Assembly (NCBI GenBank): GCA_963668645.2
Contig: CAXXWC010000021.1
Span: forward strand, 768,001 to 832,000
Direction of reading: 5' to 3'
Length of the DNA: 64,000 nucleotides
From: Desulfobacterales bacterium
GTDB lineage: Bacteria > Desulfobacterota > Desulfobacteria > Desulfobacterales > UBA2174
How positions within the stretch are numbered: position 1 is the first letter of the stretch; every line of letters starts with the position of its first letter. Under the pieces are notes generated by a model. The model had not been told where the DNA came from. It searched no databases and saw nothing but the letters and a program-made list of their open reading frames with translations. Positions 1 through 9,571 of the stretch are shown piece by piece. Position numbers and translations under genes: made by a program.

Positions 1-859
1 CTTTGGTCAGCCTCCAGTAGGCTTCCCGGATTTCCAGGGCGGTGGCCTCTTTTCCCAGCCCCAGCGTCTTTCCGGCCTCCAGGATCTGCCGGATATCCGG
101 CTGTTGTATCTCGAGGGTGCAGAAGCTGTAGGGTGGCAAGGGACCGACCAGGCGAAACAGCACGCTCTGACCGCAGGATTGGTCCAACCGCTCCAAGCAA
201 TCTTCAACAGCCTGCCGGTTCTGTCTTTTCAGCAAAAAAGCGGTGTTCATGATCATGGTATCGTCCATGAGCGGGTGCGACAAACATTCATCGACCCATG
301 GATTCAAGGCATCGAGGACTTCCGAGGCTCTCTTGCGGGACCGCGAATCGAGCATCTCCTTGACCATTTTGCCCACGACCAGGCGATGCTCTGTGGCCGC
401 TTCCGGCGCGACGATCTCGGCGGCGTTGCGCTTAAGCCCGGCAATCTCTGGAGTGGCTCCGATCTCGGCCAGCAGGCCCGGCAGGTTTTGCCACAGCACG
501 ACCACGTCAAGCTCCAGCTTCTGGCGCATGCGCTCAAAATGGCCCAGGACTCCGGCCTGCTCGGCCGCCAGAACCGCCTGCAACGCCTCCTCGTCCGGCA
601 GAAAGGTGCCGTACTTGACCGGTAACACCTGGCAAACGTCCATGACTTTTTCCAGCACGGCCTGATAACGCGCCAGGTTGGACAGCAGGGCCTCTTTGGA
701 AAAAGCTTCGAAGCTCATGAAGGGGGTGCGGCTCACCAGAGCCGCGACCCCGTCATGGGAGAGACTATCCACGGCCAGATTGTCAATACCGCCGGCCGCG
801 AATCGAACAGGCTCTTTTGACTTCACCACGCCATAAACGAAAATATACGCTCTGCTCAT
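1..859 (-). CDS. Gas vesicle protein GvpF/GvpL family, apparently with C-terminal J-domain-like segment (3' end runs off the window)
   Basis: Manually translated from ATG at 859 (not in ORF track): MSRAYIFVYGVV...QVLPVKYGT...MIMNTAFLL...LVGPLPPYSF (GvpF/L motifs), then LGLGEEATALEIREAYWRLTK. Confidence 0.85.
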   Translation of the reverse strand, partial: MSRAYIFVYGVVKSKEPVRFAAGGIDNLAVDSLSHDGVAALVSRTPFMSFEAFSKEALLSNLARYQAVLEKVMDVCQVLPVKYGTFLPDEEALQAVLAAEQAGVLGHFERMRQKLELDVVVLWQNLPGLLAEIGATPEIAGLKRNAAEIVAPEAATEHRLVVGKMVKEMLDSRSRKRASEVLDALNPWVDECLSHPLMDDTMIMNTAFLLKRQNRQAVEDCLERLDQSCGQSVLFRLVGPLPPYSFCTLEIQQPDIRQILEAGKTLGLGKEATALEIREAYWRLTK

Positions 860-897
860 GACAGCAATCTTTCGCAACGCTGGGTTGGAAGGCGCAC

Positions 898-3021
898 TCA
901 GTGTTTTCCCATTATCTGACTGGCCGTTTTGAAATGGGCGGCCTCAATGACAAAAGCGGTCTCGTCCGGATTGCCGCTTTCGATGAATTGCCGGATTGCC
1001 TTGAGGGCGGCCTCGCGGCACAGCAACTCGATGTCGGCGCCGGAAAGGCCGTCGGTTTGCTCGGCCAACCGGCCCAGATCGACATTTTCGGCCAAAGGCT
1101 TTTCCCGGGTGTGGACCCGAAAGATCGCTTCACGAGTCGTCTTGTCTGGAAGGGGCAGTTCCAGGTGAAAATCAAAACGTCCGGCTCGCATGATCGCCGG
1201 ATCCATTATGTCCATGCGGTTGGTCGCTGCCAGCACGACGATCCCCTTCAGTTTTTCGATTCCGTCCATCTCCGTGAGAAATTGGCTGATGACCCGATCC
1301 ACCACATGGGAAGCGGCCTCGGAGCCCCGCCGGGGCACGAGGCTGTCGATCTCGTCGAAAAAAACGATACAGGGCGATGCCTGTCTGGCCTTCTTGAAGA
1401 CTTCCCGCACGCCTTTTTCACTTTCGCCGATCCACTTGGACAGAATTTCGGGCCCCTTGATCGAGATGAAGTTGACGCCGCATTCGGTGGCGACCGCCTT
1501 GGCCAGCAGGGTTTTGCCCGTACCGGGCAGGCCATGGAGCAAAATTCCCCGCGCCGCAGTGGTACGGGCCTTTTCAAAGAGTCCGGCATAGGCCAGAGGC
1601 CACTGAATGGTTTCCTGGAGGAGCTGTTTGGCCTCTTCCAGGCCGCCGATATCTTTCCATCGGACATCCGGCACCTCAGTGAAGACTTCCCGGATAGCCG
1701 AAGGTTCGATCTCCGTCAGGGCCGCGAGGAAATCATCCATGGACACCTGAAGGTTCATGAGCGTGTCGTAGGGCAAGGCCTCGGTGGCATTGAAATCGAT
1801 GGATGGGAAAATTTGCCGTAAGGTGGCCATGGCCGCCTCACGGCTGAGGGCGGCCAGATCCGCGCCCACAAAGCCATGGGTAATCTCCGCCAGGCGCGCC
1901 ACGTCGACATCTTCGGCAAGCGGCATGCCCCGGGTATAAATTTCCAAGATTTCCTGCCGTGCGTTGCGGTCCGGTATACCGATCTCGATTTCTCGATCGA
2001 AACGCCCCGGTCTGCGAAGGGCCGGGTCCAGGGAATTGGGGATGTTGGTGGCGCCGATGACGACGATCTGCCCCCGGGCCGAAAGACCGTCCATTAGCGC
2101 CAAAAGTTGGGCCACCACCCGCTTTTCGACCTGCTTTTCCCCGCCCATCTCTTCACGCTTGGGAGCGATGGCATCAATCTCATCCAAAAAAATGATGGCC
2201 GGTCCCTTGGCCTCCGCCTCCTCGAAAATTTTCCGCAGGTTGGCCTCGCTTTGGCCGTAAAACTTGTTCATGATTTCCGGACCGCTGAGGGTGTAAAAAG
2301 CGGCATCGGTCTCATTGGCCACGGCCTTGGCGATGAGGGTCTTGCCACAGCCGGGCGGACCGTGCAGCAAAACCCCCTTGGGCGGATCGATGCCCAGGCG
2401 TTCGAATATCTGGGGATACTTGAGCGGAAGTTCGATCATTTCACGGATGCGGCGGATCTGCCGGCCCAGGCCGCCGATGTCTTCGTAAGCGATACGGGTG
2501 CGCCCCTCCTTTGCGTCCTTGGCCCCCTGGATGGCGACCGAGGTGGCCGGATGGATCAGCACCGCTCCGGCCGGTCTGACCGAAACCACCTCAAAATCAT
2601 GCGTCCGCGACCCGAAGAGCCTGGCGCGGACCTTGTCCCCTTCCACCAGGGGCAGCCCCTCCAGGAGGGTTCCGATATACCGGGCATCGTAGGCGCGCAT
2701 CGGGGTAAGCGGGGCCACCACTATTTTCAGGGCGACACTGACCTCGCATTTTCCCACGATGACCCGCTCACCGATCCCGGCGCGGGCGTTTTCCCGGGTG
2801 GTCCCATCCAGACGCACGATTGAATTGCCGCGGTCTTCCATGTATGCAGGCATGACTTTGGCAACGGTTGTTCGCTTGCCGGTAACCGTCACCACATCGC
2901 CCACCGCAACGTCCAGGGACGTGAAAAAGGCCGGGTCGAAACGCACAATGCCCCGGTCCGCATCCTTGGGCGCGGCCTCGGCCACCTTGAAAGACTGTTT
3001 CTCGTTTTTTTCCTCTGGCAT
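898..3021 (-). CDS. Cdc48/p97/VCP-family double AAA+ ATPase
   Basis: N-domain, YEDIGGL, two Walker A (GPPGCGKT, GLPGTGKT), Walker B IFLDEID/FFDEID, ALRRPGRFDRE second region of homology. Confidence 0.95.
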   Translation of the reverse strand: MPEEKNEKQSFKVAEAAPKDADRGIVRFDPAFFTSLDVAVGDVVTVTGKRTTVAKVMPAYMEDRGNSIVRLDGTTRENARAGIGERVIVGKCEVSVALKIVVAPLTPMRAYDARYIGTLLEGLPLVEGDKVRARLFGSRTHDFEVVSVRPAGAVLIHPATSVAIQGAKDAKEGRTRIAYEDIGGLGRQIRRIREMIELPLKYPQIFERLGIDPPKGVLLHGPPGCGKTLIAKAVANETDAAFYTLSGPEIMNKFYGQSEANLRKIFEEAEAKGPAIIFLDEIDAIAPKREEMGGEKQVEKRVVAQLLALMDGLSARGQIVVIGATNIPNSLDPALRRPGRFDREIEIGIPDRNARQEILEIYTRGMPLAEDVDVARLAEITHGFVGADLAALSREAAMATLRQIFPSIDFNATEALPYDTLMNLQVSMDDFLAALTEIEPSAIREVFTEVPDVRWKDIGGLEEAKQLLQETIQWPLAYAGLFEKARTTAARGILLHGLPGTGKTLLAKAVATECGVNFISIKGPEILSKWIGESEKGVREVFKKARQASPCIVFFDEIDSLVPRRGSEAASHVVDRVISQFLTEMDGIEKLKGIVVLAATNRMDIMDPAIMRAGRFDFHLELPLPDKTTREAIFRVHTREKPLAENVDLGRLAEQTDGLSGADIELLCREAALKAIRQFIESGNPDETAFVIEAAHFKTASQIMGKH

Positions 3022-3080
3022 ATGCGCGCCCTGAGCAGGGATCCCGGGGGTGGAATCGAAGGATGGCCGATCGCTAATGG

Positions 3081-3611
3081 CTAGGCCCTGATTCTGATTT
3101 CCAGAACACCGTTTTTAAATGTCCACTGCATCTTTTCTTCTGCCACCGACCGGGGCAAAAGGATCTCTTTGTGGTATTTTCGGACCCCGGCCTCGGCGCT
3201 CAGCACCAGGATATCGCCTTGCAGCTCCAGCCGTATGTCGTCCCTGGCAACGCCCGGCATCTCGGCAATCACCTGAAGTTCATCCGGAGATTCGAAAACA
3301 TCCACCATGGGCTCGCGGATCGGCTCTACCACCGGTCCCTTGGGAGTTCTTTTAATGTTGCCGAACTGGGAAACAGATGACCGGCCGTCGCTCATCGTTC
3401 TTACGTTGATGCCGTAAACGGCTTTCAGGTCCTTGAGCCCCTTGAGTTGTCCCAATTCGCCGAGGTCGATTTGGCCATTTCGCCGGATCTCTTCACTCTT
3501 TTCGGCAAGCCGTCCGGCGGCCTCCAGAAGTGTTGAAAGCCCCTTGAACACCCCTCCCAGGCCTAAGTCAAAACTTCCTCCCTCTTCCTTATCCCTGTCT
3601 TTGCCTGCCAT
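3081..3611 (-). CDS. Hsp20/alpha-crystallin family protein (GvpH-like)
   Basis: REPMVDVFE..LQVIAEMPGV..FKNGVLEIRI; start moved to MAGKD (3611), which follows an AAGGAG RBS. Confidence 0.88.
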   Translation of the reverse strand: MAGKDRDKEEGGSFDLGLGGVFKGLSTLLEAAGRLAEKSEEIRRNGQIDLGELGQLKGLKDLKAVYGINVRTMSDGRSSVSQFGNIKRTPKGPVVEPIREPMVDVFESPDELQVIAEMPGVARDDIRLELQGDILVLSAEAGVRKYHKEILLPRSVAEEKMQWTFKNGVLEIRIRA

Positions 3612-3673
3612 GCGTAGCTCCTTTCCGAACAATCGCGGATGAACCTCAAAATCCGACAACCGATCCCTTCCCA

Positions 3674-4423
3674 TTACAGTTTCATCTTAATATTGATGAA
3701 ATTAAACGGGGGGGCCGGTCCGATACAGGTAAAATCGGCCCGATCCGCGTAAGGCTCAACCATGCTTTCAAGGAGAAAATCGAACTGTTTCTCACGGGTG
3801 CGGTCGATCAGGAAAGCGGCATTGAGGAACATGTCGTCCCCCACCGTTTCGTTTTGCCGGCAATCGAGCACCGCCCGGGCCAGTCCCCTCACGATTTGAG
3901 CGGCCTCGTCCTGTTTTTTTCTTCTTAAGGCCTCTTGGACGGCCTTTCCCAAGCCGAGCTTGTAAGCTTCTTCATCCGTATCCGGGTTGCGGGGCCGCGC
4001 TTTCATCTCCCGGACCAGGGCATCGTCTTGAGCGATGGCGGAAAAAACCGCTTTCATATCCGTCCAGCGTGCCTTGAGCCCCATTTCCACCTTGTTGTCC
4101 AAGTCTTTGAGCAGGCCTCTGAACTCGGAGTAACGCTTTCTCAAAAAACCACGGACCTCTTCCGCATTGTCGGCGATGGTGCAGAAACGCACCGGCAGAA
4201 CCGTATGGCATTTCATCACCTCTTCGATCACCAACTCATGGGCCGTCAGGTTTTCACGGTTGATGACGAACTGGTCCAGCGGCGAGTTGCTGATGGCCGC
4301 GCTAATGTCGTTGTACCCGATAGTGGTGACCAGATCTCCGCGCTGGCCGATGCCGATGGGACCGAAATGGCGGCCATCGTTACCATCGAGAATGCAGTAA
4401 ATATATTTCCCATCCCTGGCCAT
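3674..4423 (-). CDS. Gas vesicle protein GvpF/GvpL family
   Basis: GKYIYCI, HELVIEEVM..TVLPVRF, FLNAAFLI, IGPAPPFNF; GGAGG-like RBS before ATG 4423. Confidence 0.9.
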   Translation of the reverse strand: MARDGKYIYCILDGNDGRHFGPIGIGQRGDLVTTIGYNDISAAISNSPLDQFVINRENLTAHELVIEEVMKCHTVLPVRFCTIADNAEEVRGFLRKRYSEFRGLLKDLDNKVEMGLKARWTDMKAVFSAIAQDDALVREMKARPRNPDTDEEAYKLGLGKAVQEALRRKKQDEAAQIVRGLARAVLDCRQNETVGDDMFLNAAFLIDRTREKQFDFLLESMVEPYADRADFTCIGPAPPFNFINIKMKL

Positions 4424-4466
4424 CGACCCCTCCCCACCCCTCGAAAACAGCACAATTCATCCTGGT

Positions 4467-4793
4467 TCAGTAATCGACTTTCATCCTCTGGATGGATTTG
4501 GGCCGGCTGGGGACATCGCAACCTGCGGTCTTGCGCGAGGTTTTTTTCCTGGCTCTGCCCGTGGAGCACCTTCCTTTGATAGCCGACATGTTTTCCTCGA
4601 TCATCTTGATCCGTTCCATGATTTTGGCCTTGCGCTGCAACACGCTGCCGAGTTCTTTTTCTAAAAGTGCCCGATTGTTTTCAAGAATGTATAGCTGCAA
4701 CTGATCGGCACCCCGGTCGCTTCCGGGAATGGCACCCTGCTTGCGCGTCCTTAGGGTTTTGATGGCCGCAAGTCCTTTCATCTGTCTTTCCAT
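4467..4793 (-). CDS. Small coiled-coil protein downstream of gvpN (GvpV-like)
   Basis: Position after gvpN, central coiled coil, basic tail ending MKVDY, recalling GvpV architecture. Confidence 0.55.
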   Translation of the reverse strand: MERQMKGLAAIKTLRTRKQGAIPGSDRGADQLQLYILENNRALLEKELGSVLQRKAKIMERIKMIEENMSAIKGRCSTGRARKKTSRKTAGCDVPSRPKSIQRMKVDY

Positions 4794-4854
4794 GCCAGGG
4801 GTCCCTTCTAAGTTCAGTTTCGGTGAAAAATCCTGCTGCGGAACGGCAAACGTC

Positions 4855-5775
4855 CTAACAATGCTGATTGATCAGTTCATCGATCGCCGCTTTAACCCGG
4901 ACTTGGCCGCCGATGGTACCGATACGGCTGGTCTCGGAGGCCAGGATATCCATACAGGTCTGCTTGAACACCGGATTACTCCGATCAACAGGGGTCTTTC
5001 TCACCGAAAGGGTCTTGGCGATCATGATGCACCCGCGGATGGTGGGGGCAAATTCATAGGTGTTCGATTCCCGCAATCCTCGAACGATCCGCACGATCTT
5101 TCCGGCATCACCATTGTTCAGACCGGATTTGTTTTCGGTAATCCGAATTTCCGTCTCTTCATCGAAGTTATCCAGGTCCATTGTGATCATCCGGTCCCGC
5201 AGGGCATCCTGGCTGCGGTGAACGCCGGCGTATTCTTCCGGATTGCTCGTAAAAATGGCGGTAAAATGGGGGTTCACCTTCAGATAGCCGCTGTCCACTT
5301 CCCCGCGGGCCGCCGGCAAGTCCAGCATCCGTTCCTGAAGCACCGACAAAAGGACATTGTTGGCTTCAGGCCGGGACCTTGTGAACTCGTCATAAATCAG
5401 GGTGAAGCCATGCTTGCAGGCTACCGTCAGGCGGTTGTCCACCCACCGTTTTTTCATCTCCTCTTCGGTTTTGAGAACCGTATGGATGAAATTATCCACC
5501 ACTTTGCGCGATCGGAACCCGAATTCCCCGCCGATCAGGTCCGAGGTGGAAAACTCTTCGTCTCCGTGTATCAACACCACCGGCCGTCCGATTTTGGCCG
5601 CCACATGCATCGCCAGAGTCGTTTTTCCACTCCCTGAAATCCCCCGGAAATGGATGGGAAACCCAGCGGCGATATAGGCCATGGCCCGTTCCGTGATATC
5701 CCGAACAAAGGGAGTCTCAACGAAATTGGGCAAAGCACGTGGTTCCAGTACGGTGGCTCTCTCCTCGGTCAGCAT
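4855..5775 (-). CDS. gvpN: Gas vesicle AAA+ ATPase GvpN
   Basis: GISGSGKTT Walker A; VVDNFIHTVLK, WVDNRLTVAC, YDEFTRSRPEANNVLLSVL, TSNPEEYAGVH..QDALRDR. Confidence 0.95.
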   Translation of the reverse strand: MLTEERATVLEPRALPNFVETPFVRDITERAMAYIAAGFPIHFRGISGSGKTTLAMHVAAKIGRPVVLIHGDEEFSTSDLIGGEFGFRSRKVVDNFIHTVLKTEEEMKKRWVDNRLTVACKHGFTLIYDEFTRSRPEANNVLLSVLQERMLDLPAARGEVDSGYLKVNPHFTAIFTSNPEEYAGVHRSQDALRDRMITMDLDNFDEETEIRITENKSGLNNGDAGKIVRIVRGLRESNTYEFAPTIRGCIMIAKTLSVRKTPVDRSNPVFKQTCMDILASETSRIGTIGGQVRVKAAIDELINQHC

Positions 5776-5968
5776 ACAATCCTCCTGTGCCTGTCAAAAA
5801 TCCTTATTCGGGTACAGAGCCCCGAAGAGATCCACTCCGGTCCTCCGACCAAATCCGCAAGTCCCGCAGGTGATGAAAACCGGCTGCATCAGTTTTCAGC
5901 CTTTCTTCATGCAGGGCGCCCCCATTTTCACAGGGACGCCCCCAATACGAGTCGTCCAATAGGCAGGG

Positions 5969-7348
5969 TTACAAAGCGAAATAAGAGGTCTCTTCCTTGC
6001 GCACCGCTTCTTCATCCATCAGTTCACGCATAACCGGAATCAGGGAGCGCCAGTTGGGAAGTCCCACCATTTCGGAAAGTTCAACCATTTTGAGGCCTTC
6101 CGGATGGGCCCGGAGAAGGTCCAAAATCTCCTCGGCCAGGCTGTCCTGCGCCTGTTGGGCTTCTTGATCGGGCGCTTTTTCCTCGGATTCCTCGGACGGT
6201 TGATCCGAATCCGCTGCGGTTTCGATCGGAATTGAAGTCTCAGGCACAAAAGTCGCCTGCGACGTCTCCTCGACCGGGGCTTGCCGGACAGCCGGCGCTT
6301 CATCGGCAGGGGCGGCCTCTGTTTTTGCCGTTTCGACTTTTCCCGCCGGTGAAACTTCTTCCGTAACTGTCGGCGATTCAGCCCGCATGGCGCCGAGAAT
6401 CTCCCGCCAGGCGGCTGCCCCTTGGGTGCGGTTTTGATTCAATTCTCCCAAGAACGCTCTGACCACGTCCAAGGTCGCCTCGCGGAATTGGCCCAAGCGA
6501 TTGTGCAGGTCCCGAGCCATTTCCCGCAGTTCTCCCCGGACCCTGCGTTGCCGGTCTTGGTCCGCCTTTTGCAATTCCGTCCTGAAACGCCGCAGATCTT
6601 GATTCAGGCCGTCAAAAAGCGTGCCCAGCTCCACCCGTAACTCCTTGAAATGCCTTTGGGATTCTATTTTTCTTTTCTTTTCTCCCTTCACCAGGTCGCT
6701 CTGAAATTGGCGCAGCCCCTGCCTGACGGTACCGAGGCGGGCACTAAGGGTTTCCGAGATGTCCTGCAGCTCTTGCCGGACCTGTTGTTTTCGCTGTTGC
6801 TCGGACCGGGCGAGGTCTGCCTGAAATGTCCGAATATCCCCCATCAGAGTGGCCAAGTTGGCCTTGAGCACCTGCGCTGTTTCCTGCCGGGCTTCACGAA
6901 AGGTTGTCAGAAGGCCCCGCGTTTCTTGCCGGATACCGCCGATCAGGTCCGTTCTGGCCTTGATCTGCTCTGCGGCCTCCTGCCGGCGCCGGTCCTCATC
7001 GGCGTCCAAATCCTGTTTGCCCTGCTGCAGCTCGGTTCGGAACTGCCCCAGTTGCTGGCGTAGCGTATCCCGGACCTCCTGGCGGCGTGCCGCCACATCC
7101 TGCAAAAGGCTCCGGGTCACCTGCCTCAAATCGGCCACCCCCTCCTGGCATTCCACCTTGAAACGGGTCAGCTCTTCGCGAAGCCCCTTGGCGTCATTTC
7201 GGCGCGTCTCGCAAAAATCGTTCACAAGCGCCTTGCTCTCCTCTTTCAACACGCTCACCCCTGCCTTCAAGTCATCCATGGCCAGGATCCGCGCTTCGTA
7301 ACTGGCTGCGATCTCTTCGGCCAGCCGACGTAATTCGCCTTCCATCAT
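5969..7348 (-). CDS. GvpC-like alpha-helical repeat protein with acidic linker and C-terminal winged-helix-like domain
   Basis: Position between gvpA and gvpN; three consecutive ~40-aa repeats (RTFQADL.., RQFQSDL.., RRFRTEL..). Confidence 0.6.
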   Translation of the reverse strand: MMEGELRRLAEEIAASYEARILAMDDLKAGVSVLKEESKALVNDFCETRRNDAKGLREELTRFKVECQEGVADLRQVTRSLLQDVAARRQEVRDTLRQQLGQFRTELQQGKQDLDADEDRRRQEAAEQIKARTDLIGGIRQETRGLLTTFREARQETAQVLKANLATLMGDIRTFQADLARSEQQRKQQVRQELQDISETLSARLGTVRQGLRQFQSDLVKGEKKRKIESQRHFKELRVELGTLFDGLNQDLRRFRTELQKADQDRQRRVRGELREMARDLHNRLGQFREATLDVVRAFLGELNQNRTQGAAAWREILGAMRAESPTVTEEVSPAGKVETAKTEAAPADEAPAVRQAPVEETSQATFVPETSIPIETAADSDQPSEESEEKAPDQEAQQAQDSLAEEILDLLRAHPEGLKMVELSEMVGLPNWRSLIPVMRELMDEEAVRKEETSYFAL

Positions 7349-7561
7349 GTCTGTACCTCCTTTACCATTAATTCAGTTTTGGGATCCCAGACATGCTTGA
7401 GCAGTCTTTTGTATGGCTGTGTCGAGGGGCCCGGCGGGGCACCTCGACAAACTCAAGGATATCCGATGGATTGCAAATTGCGGACCGGACGGAAACCCAT
7501 TTCCCGTAACCGATCGGCATACGACCGTTAAAGAACCTGGCACCCGGCCTACGAGGCGTTT

Positions 7562-8227
7562 CTATCCCCCCAGCACGGTCTGCCACTTGGACTGGACCTT
7601 TTCCCGGACAGTTCCCAAATCCTGGAGGATGTTCAGGATATCGCTGTCTTTGCCGGCCTGGTGGGTCTTTAAAACCCGCAACATGCCTTTGAAGTCCTGG
7701 AGCTTTATGCGATCTCCCTTGCAAAGAAGGGATTTGAGGCTTTCCCGAAGTTCTTCCTGGCCAAGCTGAAATTCCTTCAGCGACAGCAAAATCACCCGTT
7801 CCCGCTCCTTCTGTCTGCGAAAAATATCCTGGCGAATCTCTTTGATATCGTTAAGCCTGCCGTCGCCTTCCTGTTGCAGGATCGCCCGCAGGCGCCGGAT
7901 CATCTCGCTTTCTTCTTTCTGAAAGCATTGCAGGCAATCTCTGACGTTCCGGGCCTGCACCGCCTGGGACTCCATAACATCTTTGATCATCCGCTCGAAA
8001 TCGGCCTTTCGAAGGCTGCCGGCCCTGGCCAAATTCTCCTGAAGGCGCCTCATCATGTCTTCGAGTTCATCCTGGTATGTGCTCAGAAAAAAATAGGCCT
8101 GCCTCATCAGTGCGTTGACCGTTTCCACCCGAACAGCGTAAGCATCCAGGATACTAGTGGCTAGTGCACTCAGGCTTTCTTCAGTTGTCGGACCACTGAC
8201 CACGTCACACCCAAGCTGGCCGTACAT
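7562..8227 (-). CDS. Hypothetical coiled-coil protein in gas vesicle cluster
   Basis: 221-aa helical ORF co-oriented between gvpA and the GvpC-like gene; start uncertain. Confidence 0.6.
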   Translation of the reverse strand: MYGQLGCDVVSGPTTEESLSALATSILDAYAVRVETVNALMRQAYFFLSTYQDELEDMMRRLQENLARAGSLRKADFERMIKDVMESQAVQARNVRDCLQCFQKEESEMIRRLRAILQQEGDGRLNDIKEIRQDIFRRQKERERVILLSLKEFQLGQEELRESLKSLLCKGDRIKLQDFKGMLRVLKTHQAGKDSDILNILQDLGTVREKVQSKWQTVLGG

Positions 8228-8492
8228 TCAAGCCCCCATCAATTTACAGTTTTCTTCCCACGCACGTGCAGGGCAACGAAATGCAATCCAAAAGGCCGTT
8301 GACAAATCAGGCACACCTCGTAGCTTTTTCATAGAAAACACCACCGAAGGGAGGTCTGTCAGATTTACCAGCGGCCTTTTAAAGCACTTGGAGATTTGAG
8401 ATATGCTCGTGAGGTCTGGTCGGCTTTTCAACTTTCAGGCCTGGCCTGCGGAAGGGCTCGTGCGCTTCCGCGCCCCCAAGGATATCTGGCAA

Positions 8493-8512
8493 TCTCCCTT
8501 CTTTATGGGAGA
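8493..8512 (-). terminator. Stem-loop directly after the second gvpA (possible terminator or mRNA-stabilising hairpin)
   Basis: TCTCCC-N8-GGGAGA about 10 nt after the gvpA stop; no strong U tract. Confidence 0.35.
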
Positions 8513-8522
8513 GGGGATCCGG

Positions 8523-8726
8523 CTACGCGGTGGCCGTCAGTCCCACGGCTTCCGCATACTTGAGGTAGGTCTCGACACCGGCCACAACCGCGCGGGCCTC
8601 AATAGCCAGCAGTTCGATGCCCACCAGGGAGACCCTGGCCCAAGCATCCACCACCACACCTTTGTCCAGGATACGGTCCACCACCTCTGCCAAACTGGAC
8701 GATGCCATCGATTTTTCCATTGCCAT
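8523..8726 (-). CDS. gvpA: Gas vesicle structural protein GvpA (copy 2)
   Basis: [54 protein letters not shown]. Confidence 0.97.
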   Translation of the reverse strand: MAMEKSMASSSLAEVVDRILDKGVVVDAWARVSLVGIELLAIEARAVVAGVETYLKYAEAVGLTATA

Positions 8727-8807
8727 GGTCTTTTCTCCTTATTCCTGTTTGATTTGTTCTAACTTGCGCAAATGTTGACCCAGTTATTCAGGAAGAATGC
8801 CCCTCGT

Positions 8808-9011
8808 TCAGGCGGTTGCCGTCAGGCCAACCGCTTCCGCATACTTGAGGTAGGTCTCGACACCAGCCACAACCGCTCTGGCCTCAATGGCCAGCAGTTC
8901 GATGCCCACCAGGGAAACCCTGGCCCAGGCATCCACCACCACACCCTTGTCCAGGATCCGGTCCACCACCTCGGCCAGGCTGGACGATGCCATCGATTTT
9001 TCCATTGCCAT
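8808..9011 (-). CDS. gvpA: Gas vesicle structural protein GvpA (copy 1)
   Basis: Protein identical to 8523-8726; AGGAGG RBS. Confidence 0.97.
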   Translation of the reverse strand: MAMEKSMASSSLAEVVDRILDKGVVVDAWARVSLVGIELLAIEARAVVAGVETYLKYAEAVGLTATA

Positions 9012-9048
9012 GCGCTTTCACCTCCTTTCTTATGTTGATTTTCTTTGC

Positions 9049-9441
9049 CTAAAAGGCGAGGCCGACACTATTCTTCGCCCTGTCCACGGCCTGCCGACAA
9101 AGACGGACTAATTCTTTGATGTCGAACGGTTTTTCAAGAAAAGCAAAGGCCCCCGCCCCCATGAATGCCTCTCTGGCTTCCTGGAGGGCTGAAATGCCGA
9201 TGACCGGCGCACTGCACCCCGTCGCCTGGATGCCCTCGAGCACCGATACCCCTGAACGATCCGGAAGAAAATAATTGAGCAGAATGAGCCGGATGTCCGG
9301 CATCCGCTTCACCATCTCCAGCGCGTCTCTGCCATTGGTGACCCCTTCCACCTCAAAAGCGGCGTTTTCCAGCACATTGGCGGTTGCCCAGAGCATCTCT
9401 TCGGAATCTTCCACGACCAGCACTTTAAGGTGATTATCCAT
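9049..9441 (-). CDS. Stand-alone receiver-domain protein
   Basis: VLVVEDS...LILLNYFLP...FLEKPF; the usual phospho-Asp appears to be replaced by Asn. Confidence 0.85.
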   Translation of the reverse strand: MDNHLKVLVVEDSEEMLWATANVLENAAFEVEGVTNGRDALEMVKRMPDIRLILLNYFLPDRSGVSVLEGIQATGCSAPVIGISALQEAREAFMGAGAFAFLEKPFDIKELVRLCRQAVDRAKNSVGLAF

Positions 9442-9555
9442 CGGTTCATCTCAAAAGAGCGTTAGCCCGGCGTTAAAATTTTATCCGGCCGTGCACTTGT
9501 GCACCAATCGGATTATCGGCACTTTGCACTTTGCTTAACACTCTTTTAAAGACAT

Positions 9556-9571
9556 TGCGAATTGCGTGCCT
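9556..9571 (-). promoter_or_regulatory. Putative sigma54 (-24/-12) promoter of the REC-gvpA operon
   Basis: Minus strand AGGCACGCAATTCGCA has GG-N10-GC spacing; AT-rich tract upstream; NtrC-family activator adjacent. Confidence 0.65.

Noticed and set aside
901..2823. Long plus-strand ORFs (also 4729-5637, 11189-12325, 38530-39906, 40442-41632)
   Set aside because: Antisense shadows of well-supported GC-rich genes, with no recognisable motifs.
8281..8298. Second sigma54 promoter (minus strand CGGCCTTTTGGATTGC)
   Set aside because: GG-to-GC spacing is one base longer than the strict -24/-12 requirement.
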